Source of the DNA: Candidatus Nanohalobium sp.
GTDB lineage: Archaea; Nanohalarchaeota; Nanosalinia; Nanosalinales; Nanosalinaceae
Reading direction: 5' to 3'
Length of the DNA stretch: 27,916 bases
Assembly: GCA_042216335.1 (NCBI GenBank)
Contig: JBDGTY010000014.1
Span: 1-27,916 of the forward strand
In this document: positions 24,869 to 27,916 of the stretch, in pieces
Layout of the letters: every line of letters starts with the position of its first letter
How positions within the stretch are numbered: the stretch's first letter is position 1
The notes under the pieces: model-generated
The model's database searches: none
What the model was told of the DNA's origin: nothing
The model's input: the letters and a program-made list of their open reading frames with translations, nothing else
Position numbers and translations under genes: made by a program

Positions 24869-25191
24869 TGTCTAAGATTGTAGCAGTAAAGATCAGAGGC
24901 AGCATCGACGCAAGAGAAAGCATCAAGAAAACTATCGAATCTTTAGGCCTAGAGAAGACTAACAAGGCAGTGGTGATGGAGGACAACGACTCCAACCGAG
25001 GGATGCTGAGGAAGGCCAAGGACTACATCGCTTACGGCGAAGTCGAAGACGATGTAGCCGAAGAAGTCGAGGAAGACTCGAATCTTACACCTCCAAGCGG
25101 AGGATTCAAAAGCACTAAGAAACAGTATCATCAGGGAGGAAGTCTCGGAAAGAGAGACGACATGGAAGAACTCCTTGAAAAGATGCTGTAA
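24865..25191 (+). CDS. rpl30: 50S ribosomal protein uL30 (short form)
   Basis: AVKIRG, GMLRKAKDYIAYGE, LTPPSGGF, LLEKML. Confidence 0.93.
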   Translation: MMSKIVAVKIRGSIDARESIKKTIESLGLEKTNKAVVMEDNDSNRGMLRKAKDYIAYGEVEDDVAEEVEEDSNLTPPSGGFKSTKKQYHQGGSLGKRDDMEELLEKML

Positions 25192-25216
25192 AATAATTTC
25201 CAGGTGAACTTAAGAA

Positions 25217-25642
25217 ATGACTAAGAGAAGATCCAAGAAAAACAAGAGTGGAAGTCACGGCTACGGAAGCTCCAAGAAGAGCCGTGGAGCAGGCAGTCGT
25301 GGTGGACGAGGTAACGCAGGTTCAGGAAAGAAAGGACAGTCCAAGAGGATGACGGAGGACGGCGTCCAGGAGATGGGAGAGACAGGATTCAACTCCCGTC
25401 AGCCGGATCAGGACGGCATCAATCTGCGGGACATCGACCAGAGGATCGAAGAGTTTGTCGAGGCCGGGGTGGCAGAGGAAGACGGCGATGGTTACGTCTT
25501 CTACGCTGAAGAGGCCGGCTACGACAAAGTCCTCGGCGGTGGAGAACTCAGGAAGGATATCGAGATCCATGCCGGTAAGTTCTCGGGTTCGGCCGAGGAG
25601 AAGATTGAGGAAAGCAATGGCGAAGCAGTAAAAGAAGACTAA
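25217..25642 (+). CDS. rpl15: 50S ribosomal protein uL15
   Basis: HGYGS...RGAGSRGGRGNAG, GYDKVLGGG, FSGSAEEKIE. Confidence 0.96.
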   Translation: MTKRRSKKNKSGSHGYGSSKKSRGAGSRGGRGNAGSGKKGQSKRMTEDGVQEMGETGFNSRQPDQDGINLRDIDQRIEEFVEAGVAEEDGDGYVFYAEEAGYDKVLGGGELRKDIEIHAGKFSGSAEEKIEESNGEAVKED

Positions 25643-25699
25643 AAAACACTCTTCCATCATACTTACTTACCGACCGAAACTATCGAGGTTTTCAATTAA

Positions 25700-27091
25700 A
25701 TGTCTAAACTAGTCCAGGCAGCACAGTACCTTCCGAGCATCAGGGAACCGGAGAAAGAGCAGAGTCTCAAGAACATGCTCACCTGGACAGGCATAACACT
25801 TCTACTTTACTTTGTACTTGGATCGATTGATCTCTGGGCTCCGGCGTGGGCATCCGCATCCTTCGGCCGGGCGCTCGGCAATCTTCAGACTTATCAGACA
25901 CTTCTGGGAGCGAACATTGGGTCGCTCATAACGCTGGGTATCGGACCAATCGTCACATCCAGTATCGTACTACAGATGGTGGTAGGTTCGGAACTGCTTG
26001 ACTGGAACACGAATACCGAGGCAGGAAAGCAGAAGTTCCAGTCCGCCCAGAAATTGCTGGCGTACGCACTCGCCATCGTGCAGGGTGTCGGCTACGTGGC
26101 CGCGGGAACTTTCGGAAACATCACTCACCCCGGTGTGTTCGCCATCGTATCCGGCCAGATCGCCATGGGAGGAATACTGATCATCCTCATGGACGACCTG
26201 ATCCAGAAATGGGGCTTCGGAAGCGGTACAGGACTCTTCATCTCCGCAGGAGTCTCAAAAGCAATATACATCGGATTCATATCCCCGCTTGACGCATCAG
26301 GAGTATACGTTGGACTGGCCAGTGAGGCAGCAGGAGCGATACCTTCCTTCCTCGCGACCTCGAACTGGAGCGCACTCGTATCACCTATCTCGACGCTCGC
26401 CGTGTTCGGCGTAGTAGTCTATCTCCAGGCGATGCGCGTCGAGATACCGTTGACCTTCGGAAACGTCAGAGGATTCGGCCAGAAGTGGCCGCTCAAGTTC
26501 CTCTACACCAGCGTGACGCCGGTCATCCTGATCGCAGCACTTGTCACAAACATACAGATAGTAGGAACCACTATCGCTGGAGCAGACAACTGCAGCCCAC
26601 TAGGATGCGTAAACGCACAGGGCCAGGCAGTTAGTGGTTTAATCTCTTGGTTGCAGGCGCCGCAAGGAGTCATTCAGTCGCTCCTGAACGGAACACTTGG
26701 ACTGTTTGGAACAGGCAGCGTCTTCCACATCCTGTTCTACCTGTCGGTGTACATCTTCGGATCGATACTGTTCAGCATATTCTGGATGAAAACCAGTGGC
26801 CAGGACGCAGACTCAGTAGCGGAACAGATCAAACAGACTGGTATGAAAGTACCAGGATTCAGGAAAGACAAAAGGGTAATCAAGAAAGTGCTTAACCGGT
26901 ACATCCCTGGCCTTACAGTGCTCTCCGGAGCCGCGATCGGAGCCCTGGCTGCACTGGCGAACATGACGCAGGCGGCCGGCGGAGGAACAGGTATCCTCTT
27001 GACGGTCATGATTCTCTACCAGATGTACGAGGAACTGGCCCAGAAACACATGGAGGAACTCCACCCGGCGATGAAGGACTTCTTCCAGTAG
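25700..27091 (+). CDS. secY: Preprotein translocase subunit SecY
   Basis: LITLGIGPIVTSSIVLQ, KWGFGSGTGLFI, PLKFLYTS, PGFR, LNRYIP, GTGILLTV; multiple hydrophobic segments. Confidence 0.98.
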   Translation: MSKLVQAAQYLPSIREPEKEQSLKNMLTWTGITLLLYFVLGSIDLWAPAWASASFGRALGNLQTYQTLLGANIGSLITLGIGPIVTSSIVLQMVVGSELLDWNTNTEAGKQKFQSAQKLLAYALAIVQGVGYVAAGTFGNITHPGVFAIVSGQIAMGGILIILMDDLIQKWGFGSGTGLFISAGVSKAIYIGFISPLDASGVYVGLASEAAGAIPSFLATSNWSALVSPISTLAVFGVVVYLQAMRVEIPLTFGNVRGFGQKWPLKFLYTSVTPVILIAALVTNIQIVGTTIAGADNCSPLGCVNAQGQAVSGLISWLQAPQGVIQSLLNGTLGLFGTGSVFHILFYLSVYIFGSILFSIFWMKTSGQDADSVAEQIKQTGMKVPGFRKDKRVIKKVLNRYIPGLTVLSGAAIGALAALANMTQAAGGGTGILLTVMILYQMYEELAQKHMEELHPAMKDFFQ

Positions 27092-27105
27092 AATCTTTCT
27101 TCCTC

Positions 27106-27915
27106 TTACTCTTCCAGTTTCTCCTCTATATCCTCTTCCGCTTTCTCCACTTCCTCTTCGGCACTTTCGATTTCCTCCTCAAGTTCCTTTTCCGCCTTCT
27201 CCAGTTCTTCCTCTATAGGCTCCCTCTCGAAGTACAGGAACTCCAGGAGGAGCAGAGCAGTGAACAGCCCGGCCACAAAGACGAGGACGTGCAACTTGTC
27301 GACGTAGAGATGCCAGACAAGCAGGAGAAAGCTGACGACTGTTCCCAGGAGGCCCGCACCGGTGAGAACCTTCTTTTCAGTTTCTTCGGATTCCCTGAAG
27401 GCCAGAAGGTTCACGACCGAGAAGATGCCTATAAAGGAGATGGAGGCGAAAGTCGTTATCTCCTCCAGGCTGCCGATGAACGTGAACAAACCCGTCAGCA
27501 CACCGATGAACAGGAGACTCCTCGTAGGGACGCCCTCCCTGTTCCTGAAGGAGAAAAGATCGGGTAGTTCGCCGTCCGAAGACATCCGGTTGCTGAACCT
27601 GGCCGTACCGAACAATGTGGCGTTGATAGCGGAGGCAGTGGAGAACAAAGCAGCTGCTGAAACCAGGAAGACGGAGACCTTCCTGACGACAGGGTTGTTG
27701 AATATCTGCGAGGCGGCGAACGCCAGCACAGTTTCCTTGTGCTGGATGATCTGTTCGGGTGAGACCAGGCTGGTCGTGACGGCGGCAACCATGACGTAGA
27801 TCAACGTCGAGATCCCGATAGATGCGATCATACCTTTCTTCAGTGTATCGATCCCGTTCTCCATTTCCGAGTACTCATATGTCAGGAGCTGGAAACCCTC
27901 GAACGAGACAAAGAC
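27106..27915 (-). CDS. APC-family amino acid permease (5' end outside the window)
   Basis: The frame stays open to the window edge (VFVSFEGFQLL...); SAAALFSTASAINATLFG, GELPDLF; many transmembrane segments. Confidence 0.9.
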   Translation of the reverse strand, partial: VFVSFEGFQLLTYEYSEMENGIDTLKKGMIASIGISTLIYVMVAAVTTSLVSPEQIIQHKETVLAFAASQIFNNPVVRKVSVFLVSAAALFSTASAINATLFGTARFSNRMSSDGELPDLFSFRNREGVPTRSLLFIGVLTGLFTFIGSLEEITTFASISFIGIFSVVNLLAFRESEETEKKVLTGAGLLGTVVSFLLLVWHLYVDKLHVLVFVAGLFTALLLLEFLYFEREPIEEELEKAEKELEEEIESAEEEVEKAEEDIEEKLEE

Positions 27916-27916
27916 T

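Noticed and set aside
26586-26612. Cys pair (NCSPLGC) in a SecY loop
   Set aside because: A disulfide is possible, but nothing else in the sequence supports significance.

Overview
This window is archaeal, most likely from a halophilic DPANN lineage such as Nanohaloarchaeota. That assignment is inferred from the Glu/Asp-rich proteins, AGGTGA Shine-Dalgarno (SD) sites and DPANN-style uS14/uS5/uL4 variants. The window carries rtcB, then an AT-rich four-gene cassette (GT4 glycosyltransferase, HprK-like P-loop kinase, APH-like kinase, HAD phosphatase). The archaeal S10/spc-type ribosomal protein cluster (uL3 to secY) follows, and a partial APC permease ends the window. The ribosomal cluster is interrupted three times. 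An orphan gene sits between uL2 and uS19. A block of about 7.4 kb lies between SUI1 and rnp1 and holds an orphan, a frameshifted RsmC-like methyltransferase, a TA-like pair, two GNATs, two APH-like kinases and an MBL hydrolase. An ART-like orphan lies between rnp1 and uS17. The most interesting signals are non-coding. (i) uL3 and uS17 have near-matching promoters, each followed by a structured leader of about 150 nt; one can form a pseudoknot and the other resembles 16S rRNA helix 21 (candidate undescribed r-leaders). (ii) A covarying hairpin, CCGAARAT-NNGAG-ATYTTCT, recurs at distant cistron junctions, where it lies between two SD sites and overlaps a mini-ORF coupled to the next ribosomal gene. 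No tRNA, rRNA, CRISPR array, transposase or integrase was seen. All calls come from reading motifs by eye; no searches or folding programs were run.
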